Assembly (NCBI GenBank): GCA_041494685.1
Contig: JBGQBE010000003.1
Coordinates: forward strand, 45,641-65,640
DNA: 20,000 bases
Reading direction: 5' to 3'
Origin: Dehalococcoidia bacterium
GTDB taxonomy: Bacteria > Chloroflexota > Dehalococcoidia > DSTF01 > JACRBR01
The first letter of the stretch is position 1, and each line of letters opens with the position of its first letter. This document shows, piece after piece, positions 8,607 to 16,385 of the stretch. The notes below the pieces were generated by a model, which saw only the letters and a list, made by a program, of their open reading frames with translations, did not search any database and was not told the DNA's origin. Both the position numbers and the translations under genes were made by a program.

Positions 8607-10814
8607 TTACGGCGCGGGCGCGGTGCGGCGGCCGTCGATCTGGCGGTTCACCGTGATGACGCCGCGTACCGACTCCAGCTTCGCCATCATCCGGCTCAAC
8701 TGCGCCACGCCGCTGGTCTCCAGCGTGAGATAGACGGACGTCGTGCGGTCGTCCAGGTGCTCGGTGCGCACGCCCATCATGTTCACCTTCTCGTCGGACA
8801 CGAGCGTCGAGATATCGCGGAGCAGGCCGACGCGATCCCACGCCTCGATGTGCACGGCTACGGGATACATATCGCCCGTGCGGCCCCACTCTACGTCGAC
8901 GAGGCGGTCCTGCTCGTCCTCGTGCAGGACGTTGTGGCAGTCGGCGCGGTGGATGGTGACGCCGCGGCTGCGTGTGATGTAGCCCATGATGCGGTCGCCG
9001 GGGACGGGGTTACAGCAGCGAGCGATCTGCGTGAGCATGTCGCCGGTACCGAGGACCTGCACGGTCTGGCTCTGCAGGCGGCGCTGGTGGCCGCCGGCCG
9101 CCGGCAGCGCCGGCTCATCGTCCTTGTGGATCAGCGGCGCCAGTCGCAACGCGATGTGCGTTGTGGTAATGCCGCCGTAACCGAGGGCGGCGAGGAAGTC
9201 GTCGAGGGCGTCGTACTTGAAGATCTTGAGGAGGTCTTCCTGGCACTCGTGCAGGGCGAGGTTGAGACGGCGCAGCTCCTTGTCGATGATCTCGCGCCCG
9301 CGCTCGATGTTCTCGGCGCGCTCCTGCTTCTTGAACCACTGGCGGATCTTGTCGCGGGAGTGGCCGGTCTTCACGTAGCCGAGGTTGGGGTTCAGCCAGT
9401 CGCGCGACGGGCCGCGCGTCGGCTTGCCTGCCAGGATCTCGACGACGTCGCCGTTCTGGAGCTGGTAGGTCAGCGGCACGAGGCGGCCGTTGATCTTGCC
9501 GCCGACGCAGCGGTGGCCGAGTTCTGTGTGGACGCGGTACGCGAAGTCGATGGGCGTGGCGCCGGCGGGCATCTCCTTGATCTCGCCCTTGGGCGTGTAG
9601 ATGAAGACCTGGTCGCGGAAGAGGTCGTTCTTCACGGACTCGACGAACTCTTCGGCAGCGGGCATCTCGCGCTGCCATTCGATGAGCTGGCGCAGCCACG
9701 ACATGCGCTCCTCGTAGCGCACGTCGCGCGGCGACGCGCCCTCCTTGTAGCGCCAGTGCGCGGCCACGCCGTACTCCGAGAGCTGGTGCATCTCCTGCGT
9801 CCGGATCTGTACCTCGAGCGGGCGCGCGCCGATCGCCATGACCGTCGTGTGCAGCGACTGGTAGAGGCTCTCTTTGGGGCTGGCGATGTAGTCGTCGAAC
9901 TGGCCGGGGATGGGGTGCCAGAGGCCGTGCACGACGCCGAGTGCGTTGTAGCAGTCGCCGATCGTGCCGACGACGACGCGGATGGCCAGCAAGTCGTAAA
10001 TCTGCTCGAAGGTCTTGTGCTCGGCGGCGTACTTCTCGGCCTTCTGGGCGATCGAGTAGATATGCTTGGCGCGGCCCTTCACCTCTGCCTCGATGCCGTT
10101 CTTGCGCAGCTCTTCCTTCAGGATCTTCTCGACCTGCGCGATGTAGCGCTCGCGCACGGTGCGCTTCGACTGGATGAGCCGGGCGATCTGCTTGTAGCGC
10201 TCCGGCTCCAGGTGGCGGAACGCGAGGTCTTCGAGTTCCCACTTGATCTGCCAGATGCCCAGCCGGTTGGCGAGCGGGGCGTAGATCTCCATCGTCTCTT
10301 GCGCCGTGCGCAGGCGCTTCTCGGGCGGCTTGGCGTCGAGCGTGCGCATGTTGTGGAGGCGGTCGGCGAGCTTGATGATGACGACGCGCGGGTCCTCCGC
10401 CATCGCCAGGAACATCTTGCGCAGGTTCTCCGCCTGGATGCTCTGGTCGCCCGGCCGCTCCGCGGGCGCGCGCCAGGTGATCTTCTCGAGCTTCGTCGCT
10501 CCGTCTACGAGTTTGGCGACTTCTGCGCCGAAGCGCTTCTTGATCTCGTCGTTGGAGACGCCGCAGTCCTCCTGCACGTCGTGCAGCAAGGCGGCAGCGA
10601 TGGCGCCGGAGTCGAGCTGGAGGCCGGCGACGGTAATCGCGGCGTCGAGCGGGTGGATGATGTAGGGCTCGCCGGTCAGCCGCTTCTGGCCTTCGTGCGC
10701 GCGCGCCGCGAACTCGTACGCCTCTTCGATCAGGCGGATGCGCTCCTGCGGCAGGTAGGCGGCAGCCTTCTCGAGCAGGGGCTGGATCGTGGGCTCAGAG
10801 GCGAGGGTGGTCAT
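8607..10814 (-). CDS. rel: Long RSH (p)ppGpp synthetase/hydrolase Rel
   Basis: HD domain (AHEGQKR..GEPYIIHP, LLHDVQED, KLADRLHNMRTL), synthetase (GRAKH, DLLAIR, DDYIA, YQSLHT, EVQIRT), TGS (YTPKGE, TPIDFAY), ZFD (ARCCNPVPGD, IHRADC) and ACT (DRVGLLRD). Confidence 0.96.
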   Translation of the reverse strand: MTTLASEPTIQPLLEKAAAYLPQERIRLIEEAYEFAARAHEGQKRLTGEPYIIHPLDAAITVAGLQLDSGAIAAALLHDVQEDCGVSNDEIKKRFGAEVAKLVDGATKLEKITWRAPAERPGDQSIQAENLRKMFLAMAEDPRVVIIKLADRLHNMRTLDAKPPEKRLRTAQETMEIYAPLANRLGIWQIKWELEDLAFRHLEPERYKQIARLIQSKRTVRERYIAQVEKILKEELRKNGIEAEVKGRAKHIYSIAQKAEKYAAEHKTFEQIYDLLAIRVVVGTIGDCYNALGVVHGLWHPIPGQFDDYIASPKESLYQSLHTTVMAIGARPLEVQIRTQEMHQLSEYGVAAHWRYKEGASPRDVRYEERMSWLRQLIEWQREMPAAEEFVESVKNDLFRDQVFIYTPKGEIKEMPAGATPIDFAYRVHTELGHRCVGGKINGRLVPLTYQLQNGDVVEILAGKPTRGPSRDWLNPNLGYVKTGHSRDKIRQWFKKQERAENIERGREIIDKELRRLNLALHECQEDLLKIFKYDALDDFLAALGYGGITTTHIALRLAPLIHKDDEPALPAAGGHQRRLQSQTVQVLGTGDMLTQIARCCNPVPGDRIMGYITRSRGVTIHRADCHNVLHEDEQDRLVDVEWGRTGDMYPVAVHIEAWDRVGLLRDISTLVSDEKVNMMGVRTEHLDDRTTSVYLTLETSGVAQLSRMMAKLESVRGVITVNRQIDGRRTAPAP

Positions 10815-10834
10815 GCTGCTCCGTCATTGAGGCG

Positions 10835-11092
10835 CTACTGGCGCGCCGCGGCGTCCTTCGTCAGTCCCAACTCTTCGAGAATCTTCTCGACGGGCGTGCC
10901 GCCTTGCCGGGCGTAGCCCTTCATGCGGGCGCGCATCAGGATCGTGTCGTGCTCCTCGGCGCTGGCCTCGAACATGATCTGGAGGGCGTCGGCGACCAGG
11001 TCCTTGGCAGGGCGGTGCGAGCGAGCGGCCGCGACCTTCAGGGTCGTGTAGAGCTCCTCGTCGTCGAACACGATGGTCATGCGCCGGGTCAT
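10835..11092 (-). CDS. Small ribbon-helix-helix DNA-binding protein with an antitoxin-like C-terminus (85 aa)
   Basis: Likely start MTRRMTIVFDDEELY at 11092 with SD GAGAGG. Alternating beta strand RMTIVF, helix DEELYTTLKVAAARS, helix AKDLVADALQIMFE and tail GGTPVEKILEELGL. Ends 20 nt before rel. Confidence 0.75.
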   Translation of the reverse strand: MTRRMTIVFDDEELYTTLKVAAARSHRPAKDLVADALQIMFEASAEEHDTILMRARMKGYARQGGTPVEKILEELGLTKDAAARQ

Positions 11093-11114
11093 ACGGGTAC
11101 CCCTCTCTTCGGCC

Positions 11115-11163
11115 ACGCACTTGACGCCTGTACGCTTGGGCGTACGTACGCCTGAGTGTATCA
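11115..11163 (-). promoter_or_regulatory. Promoter/operator of the RHH-rel operon: extended -10 TGaTACACT (11163-11155) plus an ACGC repeat array and palindrome GGCGTACGTACGCC (11139-11152)
   Basis: ACGC at 11115, 11124, 11132 and 11148 with inverted GCGT at 11140 (8-9 bp period). A perfect 14-bp palindrome spans the predicted start site. Confidence 0.6.
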
Positions 11164-11193
11164 CGGCAGCCGTTCGCCTCGTCTGAACCCGGC

Positions 11194-11202
11194 TGGTATC
11201 CT
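11194..11202 (+). promoter_or_regulatory. Extended -10 element TGgTATCCT of hisS
   Basis: TGn-TAnnnT 9 nt before the hisS ATG, with no SD. Confidence 0.5.
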
Positions 11203-11211
11203 GCCGGACGC

Positions 11212-12495
11212 ATGAGCGAGTCTGAGAAGGCCGGAAAACCACAGAAATTCGCCGCCCCCCGCGGGATTGCCGACGTCCTGCCGGACGAATGGCCGTACTG
11301 GCAGTACGTCCGCGACACGGCCGAGCGGGTCTGCGGCCTGTTCGGCTACCACCGCATCGAGACGCCGACGTTCGAGCACGCGGGGGTTTATTTGCGCACG
11401 GTCGGGGCCGGCACGGACATCGTCGAGAAGGAGATGTACCTCTTCGAGGACCGCGGCGGCGGGCGGCTGGCGCTGCGGCCGGAGGGGACGGCGGGCGTCA
11501 TCCGCGCCTACATCGAGCACGGCATGGCGAGCCTGTCGCAGCCAGTCCGCCTGGCGTACGTCTCGCCGAACTTCCGATACGACCGCCCGCAGGCCGGCCG
11601 CTACCGGCAGCACACGCAGTTCGGTGTGGAGGCGATCGGCGACGGCGACCCGCTGGTCGACGCGGAGGTCATCGACCTGCTGTGGACGTTCCTGGGCGAG
11701 CTGGGGCTGCGCGACTTCATATTGAAGCTGAACACGATCGGCGACCAGGCGTGCCGCCCGGCATACATCGCCAAGCTGCGGGAGTACTACCGGCCGCACC
11801 TCGACGCGGTGTGCGCCGACTGCCGGATGCGCTTCGAGAAGAACCCGCTGCGACTGCTCGACTGCAAAGAGGAGCGCTGCCGGCCGCTGATCGCCGGCGC
11901 ACCGCGTCAGCACGACTTCCTCTGCGACGCCTGCCGCGACCACTTCGCGCGCCTGCGCGGCTACCTCGCGACGCTCGGCGTCGAATATACGATCGACGAG
12001 CAGCTGGTGCGCGGGCTGGACTACTACACGCGCACCGTCTTTGAATGCCACCCGAGGGTGGAAGGGTCGCAGAGCAGCATGGGCAGTGGCGGTCGCTACG
12101 ACGGCCTCTGCGAACTGCTGGGCGGTCCGCCGACGCCCGGCATCGGCTTCGGCGCCGGGATCGAGCGGCTGATCCTGAACATCAAGCGGCAGGAGGTTTC
12201 CGTGCCGGGGGCGACCGCCCCGGACCTGTACATCGCGCACCTGACACCGGAGGCGGCGACCGCGGCGCTGCGCATCGCGCGGGCGGTACGGGCGGCGGGG
12301 CGGCAGGCGATGGTGGGGAGCGCCGGCAAGAGCCTGAAGGCGCAGATGCGCCACGCGAACGCGCGCGGCGCGCGCTACGTGGCGATCATCGGCGCGGAGG
12401 AGATGGCCGTGGGCGAGGCGACGCTGCGGAACCTCGCGGACCACAGCGAACGCCGGGTGCGCATCGACGACCTTGGGACTGCGCTGGGCGGCTGA
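11212..12495 (+). CDS. hisS: Histidine--tRNA ligase
   Basis: PRGIADVLP, IETPTFE, TDIVEKEMY, LRPEGTAG, FRYDRPQAGRYRQHTQFGVE, LVRGLDYY, GGRYDGL, GFGAGIERL and an anticodon-binding C-terminus. Confidence 0.98.
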   Translation: MSESEKAGKPQKFAAPRGIADVLPDEWPYWQYVRDTAERVCGLFGYHRIETPTFEHAGVYLRTVGAGTDIVEKEMYLFEDRGGGRLALRPEGTAGVIRAYIEHGMASLSQPVRLAYVSPNFRYDRPQAGRYRQHTQFGVEAIGDGDPLVDAEVIDLLWTFLGELGLRDFILKLNTIGDQACRPAYIAKLREYYRPHLDAVCADCRMRFEKNPLRLLDCKEERCRPLIAGAPRQHDFLCDACRDHFARLRGYLATLGVEYTIDEQLVRGLDYYTRTVFECHPRVEGSQSSMGSGGRYDGLCELLGGPPTPGIGFGAGIERLILNIKRQEVSVPGATAPDLYIAHLTPEAATAALRIARAVRAAGRQAMVGSAGKSLKAQMRHANARGARYVAIIGAEEMAVGEATLRNLADHSERRVRIDDLGTALGG

Positions 12496-12548
12496 CAGGC
12501 AAGGCTTTGCGCTGTGATTAGCCACGGCGTGAAGCTGAGGAGCGCGAG

Positions 12549-13058
12549 ATGCCGGACATGCTGGTGAAGCTCTACGACCTGGGCGACACCCATTGCTACG
12601 ACGCGCGTGTCGCCGGGGCAGGCCTCGTGGTGCGGCGGATGGACGCGTGGGACCGCCCGGCGGTGCGGCGGTTCATCAACCAGCATTTCACCGAGAGCTG
12701 GGCGGCGGAGGCGGACTTCGCCTTCTCGCACGGCCATCCGATCACGGGGTTCGTGGCGACGAAGGACGGCGACGTCGTCGGCTTCGCCGTGTACGAGAGC
12801 AGCCGCCGCGGCTACTTCGGCCCGACGGGCGTGCGCGAGGACCTGCGTGGCAGCGGCGCCGGAGCGGCGCTGCTGTTCCGCTGCCTCGAATCGATGTGGG
12901 AGATGGGGTACGGCTATGCGATCGTCGGCTGGGTAGGGCCGGCGTCGTTCTACGAGAAGGTCTGCGGCGCCAGAATCATCCCGGACAGCGACGTGGGCGT
13001 GTACGGGCACTTGCAGCGCGAGACGCGGGAGCGGCTGTCGCGCCAGCAGCAGGCGTGA
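12549..13058 (+). CDS. GNAT family N-acetyltransferase
   Basis: VVGFAVY, FGPTGVREDLRGSGAGAALL (acetyl-CoA motif A) and FYEKVCGA. SD GAGGAG. Confidence 0.88.
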   Translation: MPDMLVKLYDLGDTHCYDARVAGAGLVVRRMDAWDRPAVRRFINQHFTESWAAEADFAFSHGHPITGFVATKDGDVVGFAVYESSRRGYFGPTGVREDLRGSGAGAALLFRCLESMWEMGYGYAIVGWVGPASFYEKVCGARIIPDSDVGVYGHLQRETRERLSRQQQA

Positions 13059-13100
13059 GCCGCGCACTACCGCCGCGGGTGCTACCATGGGATCGAGGAC

Positions 13101-13125
13101 GAAGCCCCCTGCGGCAGGGGGCTTC
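13101..13125 (+). other. Strong hairpin GAAGCCCCCTGC-G-GCAGGGGGCTTC in the prfA leader (possible terminator, attenuator or stabiliser)
   Basis: Perfect 12-bp inverted repeat followed only by TGTGTG (weak U-tract). It lies downstream of a TGcTACCAT extended -10 (13080-13088). Confidence 0.6.
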
Positions 13126-13136
13126 TGTGTGTGACG

Positions 13137-14213
13137 ATGTTTGACCGGCTGGAAGCAACAGAACAGCGCTACGAAGACCTGACGCAGGAGCTGGCGCGCC
13201 CCGAGATATCCGGCGACTACGAGAAGTTGCAGGCGATCGCGAAGGAGCGCGCCGCCATCGAGCAGGTCGTGACGCTGTACCGCGAATGGCGCGCGAACGG
13301 CAAGGCGCTGGAGGAAGCGCGATCCGTCATCGGCGACAGCGACCCGGAGCTGGCGGCGCTGGCCAAGGAAGAGGTCGAGTCGCTGACGGCGCAGCGCGGC
13401 GACCTGGAGACGAGGCTCAAGCGCGCGCTGGTGCCGAAGGACCCGCGCGACGACCGCGACGTGATCGTCGAGATCCGGGCCGGCACGGGCGGCGACGAGG
13501 CGGCGCTCTTCGCGGCGGACCTGTTCCGCATGTACTCGCGCTACGCCGACCGGCGCCGCTGGGGCGTGGAAGTGCTGTCCGTCAACGAGATCGGCATCGG
13601 CGGCATTAAGGAAGTAGTGTTCGAGGTGCATGGCACGGGCGCGTATTCGCGGCTGAAGTACGAGAGCGGCGTGCACCGCGTCCAGCGCGTGCCGGAGACG
13701 GAGGCGCAGGGCCGCATCCACACATCGACGGCGACGGTGGCCGTGCTGCCGGAGGCGGAGGAAGTGGAGGTGCAGGTGAACGAATCGGACCTGCGGATCG
13801 ATAAGTTCCACTCCGGGGGCGCGGGCGGTCAGAACGTCAACAAAGTGGAGACGGCGATCCGCATCACGCACCTGCCGACCGGCATCGTCGTCGTGTGCCA
13901 GGACGAGCGCTCGCAGTTGAAGAACCGCACGAAGGCGATGTCCGTGCTGCGGGCGCGCCTGCTGGACCAGAGGCAGAGCGCGCAGGCGGAGGAGATCGCG
14001 GGCGCGCGGAAGCAACAGGTGGGCAGCGCCGAGCGGTCGGAGAAGATCCGGACGTACAACTTCCCCCAGGACCGGCTGACCGACCACCGCGTGGGACTGA
14101 CCACGCACAACCTGCCGCGTATCATGGACGGAGAGATCGACGACGTCATCGACGCCGTGTCGGCCGACGTGGAGGCGCGCCAGCTCGAAGCGAGTGGCGC
14201 GGAGGCACGATGA
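13137..14213 (+). CDS. prfA: Peptide chain release factor 1
   Basis: [31 protein letters not shown] (PxT RF1 motif), [18 protein letters not shown] (GGQ) and [15 protein letters not shown] at 13137; in-frame GTG alternative at 13131. Confidence 0.98.
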   Translation: MFDRLEATEQRYEDLTQELARPEISGDYEKLQAIAKERAAIEQVVTLYREWRANGKALEEARSVIGDSDPELAALAKEEVESLTAQRGDLETRLKRALVPKDPRDDRDVIVEIRAGTGGDEAALFAADLFRMYSRYADRRRWGVEVLSVNEIGIGGIKEVVFEVHGTGAYSRLKYESGVHRVQRVPETEAQGRIHTSTATVAVLPEAEEVEVQVNESDLRIDKFHSGGAGGQNVNKVETAIRITHLPTGIVVVCQDERSQLKNRTKAMSVLRARLLDQRQSAQAEEIAGARKQQVGSAERSEKIRTYNFPQDRLTDHRVGLTTHNLPRIMDGEIDDVIDAVSADVEARQLEASGAEAR

Positions 14214-14491
14214 GCGACGCACTGGAGCGGCACCGGCTCGAGATCGAGTTCTGCACGCAGTGCCGGTTCCAGGGCCGCGCGTTCTGGATGGCGCGCGAGC
14301 TGTTCGACCAGGTGCCGGAGATCGCCGAGGAGATCGTGCTGATCCCGTCGACGGGCGGCGTGTTCATCGTGCGCTTCGACGGCGAGGTGGTGGCCGACTA
14401 CAAGACCACCGGCCGCTTCCCGGAGCCGAAAGACGTGCGCGAAGCGATCCTCGCCGCCAGCGGCCGGCCGCCCCGGCCGCGCTCGCACTGA
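14210..14491 (+). CDS. Rdx (SelT/SelW/SelH) family thioredoxin-like protein, Cys form (93 aa)
   Basis: IEFCTQC (CxxC), LIPSTGGVF and GRFPEPK. ATGA overlap with the prfA stop; SD GGAGG. Confidence 0.88.
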   Translation: MSDALERHRLEIEFCTQCRFQGRAFWMARELFDQVPEIAEEIVLIPSTGGVFIVRFDGEVVADYKTTGRFPEPKDVREAILAASGRPPRPRSH

Positions 14492-14496
14492 CCCGC

Positions 14497-15354
14497 ATGG
14501 CTACCGCCGGCGAACTCACCCACGCCGCCGCGCAGCGCCTCGCTGCAGCCGGCATAGATGACGCGCGCCTCGAGGCAGAGGTGCTCTTCGCGCAGGCGCT
14601 GGGGTCGGACCGCGTGCACGTGCTGGCGGCGCTGCACGATCCCGTGCGGGAGGACGCGACGCGGACGTTCGGGGCGCTGATCGAACGGCGGTTGCGGCAC
14701 GAGCCGCTGGCGTACATCGTCGGGCATCGCGAGTTCTACGGCATCGACATCGAGTGCGCTCCGGGCGCGCTGATCCCACGGCCGGAGACGGAGATGCTGG
14801 TCGAGATCGCCCTGGCAGAGGTGCGGGCGCGCGGCGCGGCGCTGCGTCTCGTGGACGTGGGGACGGGCAGCGGTGCGATCGCCGTTGCGATCGCGGTGAA
14901 CGCGCCGGACGTGCGCGTACTGGCGATCGACGCGTCGGAGCCGGCGCTGGCGGTGGCGCGGCGCAACGTGCAGCGGCATGGCGTCGCGGCGCGCGTGGAG
15001 CTGCGGGCCGGCGACCTGCTGGGCGGGCAGGGTCAGTTCGACGTGATCGTGGCGAACCTGCCGTACGTAAGCGGGGCAGATTGGCGCGCCCTGCCGCCGG
15101 AGATCCGCGACCACGAGCCGCAGGAGGCGCTGACGCCGGGGCCCCTGGGGACGGAGGCGGTCGCGGCGCTGCTCGCGCAGGCGCCCGCGCATCTCGCCCC
15201 CGGTGGCGCGCTGGCGGCAGAGATGGGCGATACGCAAGGCGCGGCGCTGCTGGCGGAGGTGGCGCGCGCCTTCCCCGAAGCGGATCGGTACGTTATGAAG
15301 GATCTCGCAAGACTCGACCGCGTGCTGGTGGTCCGGGTGGGGAGTGGAGGCTGA
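14497..15354 (+). CDS. prmC: Release factor glutamine N5-methyltransferase
   Basis: ARLEAEVL, RRLRHEPLAYIVG.REFYG, LIPRPETE, DVGTGSGAIA, NLPY (NPPY variant) and HEPQEAL. Confidence 0.95.
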   Translation: MATAGELTHAAAQRLAAAGIDDARLEAEVLFAQALGSDRVHVLAALHDPVREDATRTFGALIERRLRHEPLAYIVGHREFYGIDIECAPGALIPRPETEMLVEIALAEVRARGAALRLVDVGTGSGAIAVAIAVNAPDVRVLAIDASEPALAVARRNVQRHGVAARVELRAGDLLGGQGQFDVIVANLPYVSGADWRALPPEIRDHEPQEALTPGPLGTEAVAALLAQAPAHLAPGGALAAEMGDTQGAALLAEVARAFPEADRYVMKDLARLDRVLVVRVGSGG

Positions 15355-15727
15355 TCTGGAAGCGCAGGGGTTGAGAGACGCGGTCGAGGCGCAGGCGCGC
15401 GCGCGTGTGAAGCACGACCTGGCGGCGTTCGCGTCGTACATGACGCCGCAGGCGATCGTGCAACTCGGCCGGCAGCCAGCCGTGCCGCGGCGATCGCGCT
15501 CGTTCGAGGTCGTGAGCGTCTCGGAAGACGGCGCGGACGGCATGGCGGAAGTCCGCTTCAGCGGCGGCGGAGCGTACGTGCTGCGCACGCGTTGGAAGCA
15601 GATCGACGGCCGCTGGAAGGCCGTGGAGGCCGAGATCCCGGCGGCGTCGATCCGCGTGCCGTGGTGGCGACGGATCGTCGGCGGCGGGCGGCCGGGGCCC
15701 TCGCCCGAGCGGCGTGACCTGAGTTGA
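15344..15727 (+). CDS. Hypothetical protein (possible NTF2-like/DUF4878-like fold, C-terminal PWWRR)
   Basis: Fills the gap between prmC and the next gene, overlapping both. Helix followed by beta strands (AEVRFS, YVLRTRWKQIDGRWKAVE). Start codon uncertain. Confidence 0.65.
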   Translation: MEADLEAQGLRDAVEAQARARVKHDLAAFASYMTPQAIVQLGRQPAVPRRSRSFEVVSVSEDGADGMAEVRFSGGGAYVLRTRWKQIDGRWKAVEAEIPAASIRVPWWRRIVGGGRPGPSPERRDLS

Positions 15728-16335
15728 GCCCGGGTGAGCGTGCGATCGTGATCGAGAGCAGTGATCTGCGCCTCGAGAGCATGCTGCACGAGGGCGACGG
15801 CCGCCTGGCGGCGGTGATGCTGCACCCGCATCCGCAGTACGGCGGCGACATGGACAACCACGTCGTGATGACGGTGTGTCGGACGCTGGCCGCCCATGGC
15901 GCGACGACGCTGCGCTTCAACTTCCGCGGCACGGGCGAGAGCGACGGCCAGTTCGACAACGGCGCCGGCGAGCGCGACGACGCGCGCGCGGCGATCGCGG
16001 CGCTGCGAAGCATCGCGCCGGACGCGCCGCTCGTACTCGCCGGCTACTCCTTCGGGGCAATGGTGGCCGTCGGCATCGCGCCGGCGTGTCCGCTCGCGGC
16101 GCTGGTACTGGTCTCGCCGCCGGTAGCGTTCGCGCCGCTGCCGCCGCTGCCGGACATCCCGACGCTGCTGATCACGGGCGAGTTCGACGACGTCGCGCCG
16201 GCGGACGCGCTGGCGGCGTCGGCCGCGCCGGGGCGGCGTGTGGTCGTGGTCGCCGGTGCGGGGCATGCGTGGTGGCCCGGGGCCGACGGCCTGTCCGCTG
16301 AATTGTTCGATTTTGCCGCTCAATTGACCGCCTGA
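15724..16335 (+). CDS. Small alpha/beta hydrolase (COG2945-type)
   Basis: HPHPQYGGDMDNHVV, LRFNFRGTGESDG, GYSFG nucleophile, GEFDDV and GAGH. The TTG start overlaps the previous stop (TTGA). Confidence 0.9.
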   Translation: MSPGERAIVIESSDLRLESMLHEGDGRLAAVMLHPHPQYGGDMDNHVVMTVCRTLAAHGATTLRFNFRGTGESDGQFDNGAGERDDARAAIAALRSIAPDAPLVLAGYSFGAMVAVGIAPACPLAALVLVSPPVAFAPLPPLPDIPTLLITGEFDDVAPADALAASAAPGRRVVVVAGAGHAWWPGADGLSAELFDFAAQLTA

Positions 16336-16345
16336 ATGGCCCGAA

Positions 16346-16378
16346 TAGGTGTAGTCACCTAGGGAGTCCTGCCGATAA
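16346..16378 (+). promoter_or_regulatory. Putative sigma28 (FliA/WhiG-type) promoter with -10 GCCGATAA (16371-16378) and inverted repeat TAGGTG-N4-CACCTA (16346-16361)
   Basis: Exact match to the sigma28 -10 consensus, 7 nt before the GTG start. The -35 position reads TAGT, a weak match to TAAA. Confidence 0.5.
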
Positions 16379-16385
16379 CTTCAAT

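Noticed and set aside
8757..10916. Very long antisense or alternate-frame ORFs (e.g. 8757..10916 +, 2301..4088 -, 12375..14222 -, 14398..16323 -, 5431..6822 +)
   Set aside because: They shadow well-supported genes, are Arg/Ala/Pro-rich with no recognisable motifs, and are expected from stop-codon scarcity at high GC.
11121..11152. TTGACG at 11121 as the -35 of a hisS promoter
   Set aside because: There is no good TAnnnT at 16-18 bp spacing. The sequence is better explained as part of the repeat array, and a better -10 exists at 11194-11202.
11093..11242. 50-codon N-terminal extension of the RHH ORF given in the track
   Set aside because: It overlaps the hisS start and the promoter region, and a clear SD precedes the ATG at 11092.
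13137..14213. Programmed frameshift in the release factor gene
   Set aside because: That feature belongs to prfB. This gene is RF1 (PxT motif) with an uninterrupted frame.
14210..14491. Rdx gene as a selenoprotein
   Set aside because: The motif is CTQC with TGC codons, and there is no in-frame TGA at the Sec position.
15055..15066. NLPY instead of NPPY in PrmC as a sign of inactivation
   Set aside because: NLPY is a recognised natural variant, and all other PrmC motifs and the prfA context are intact.
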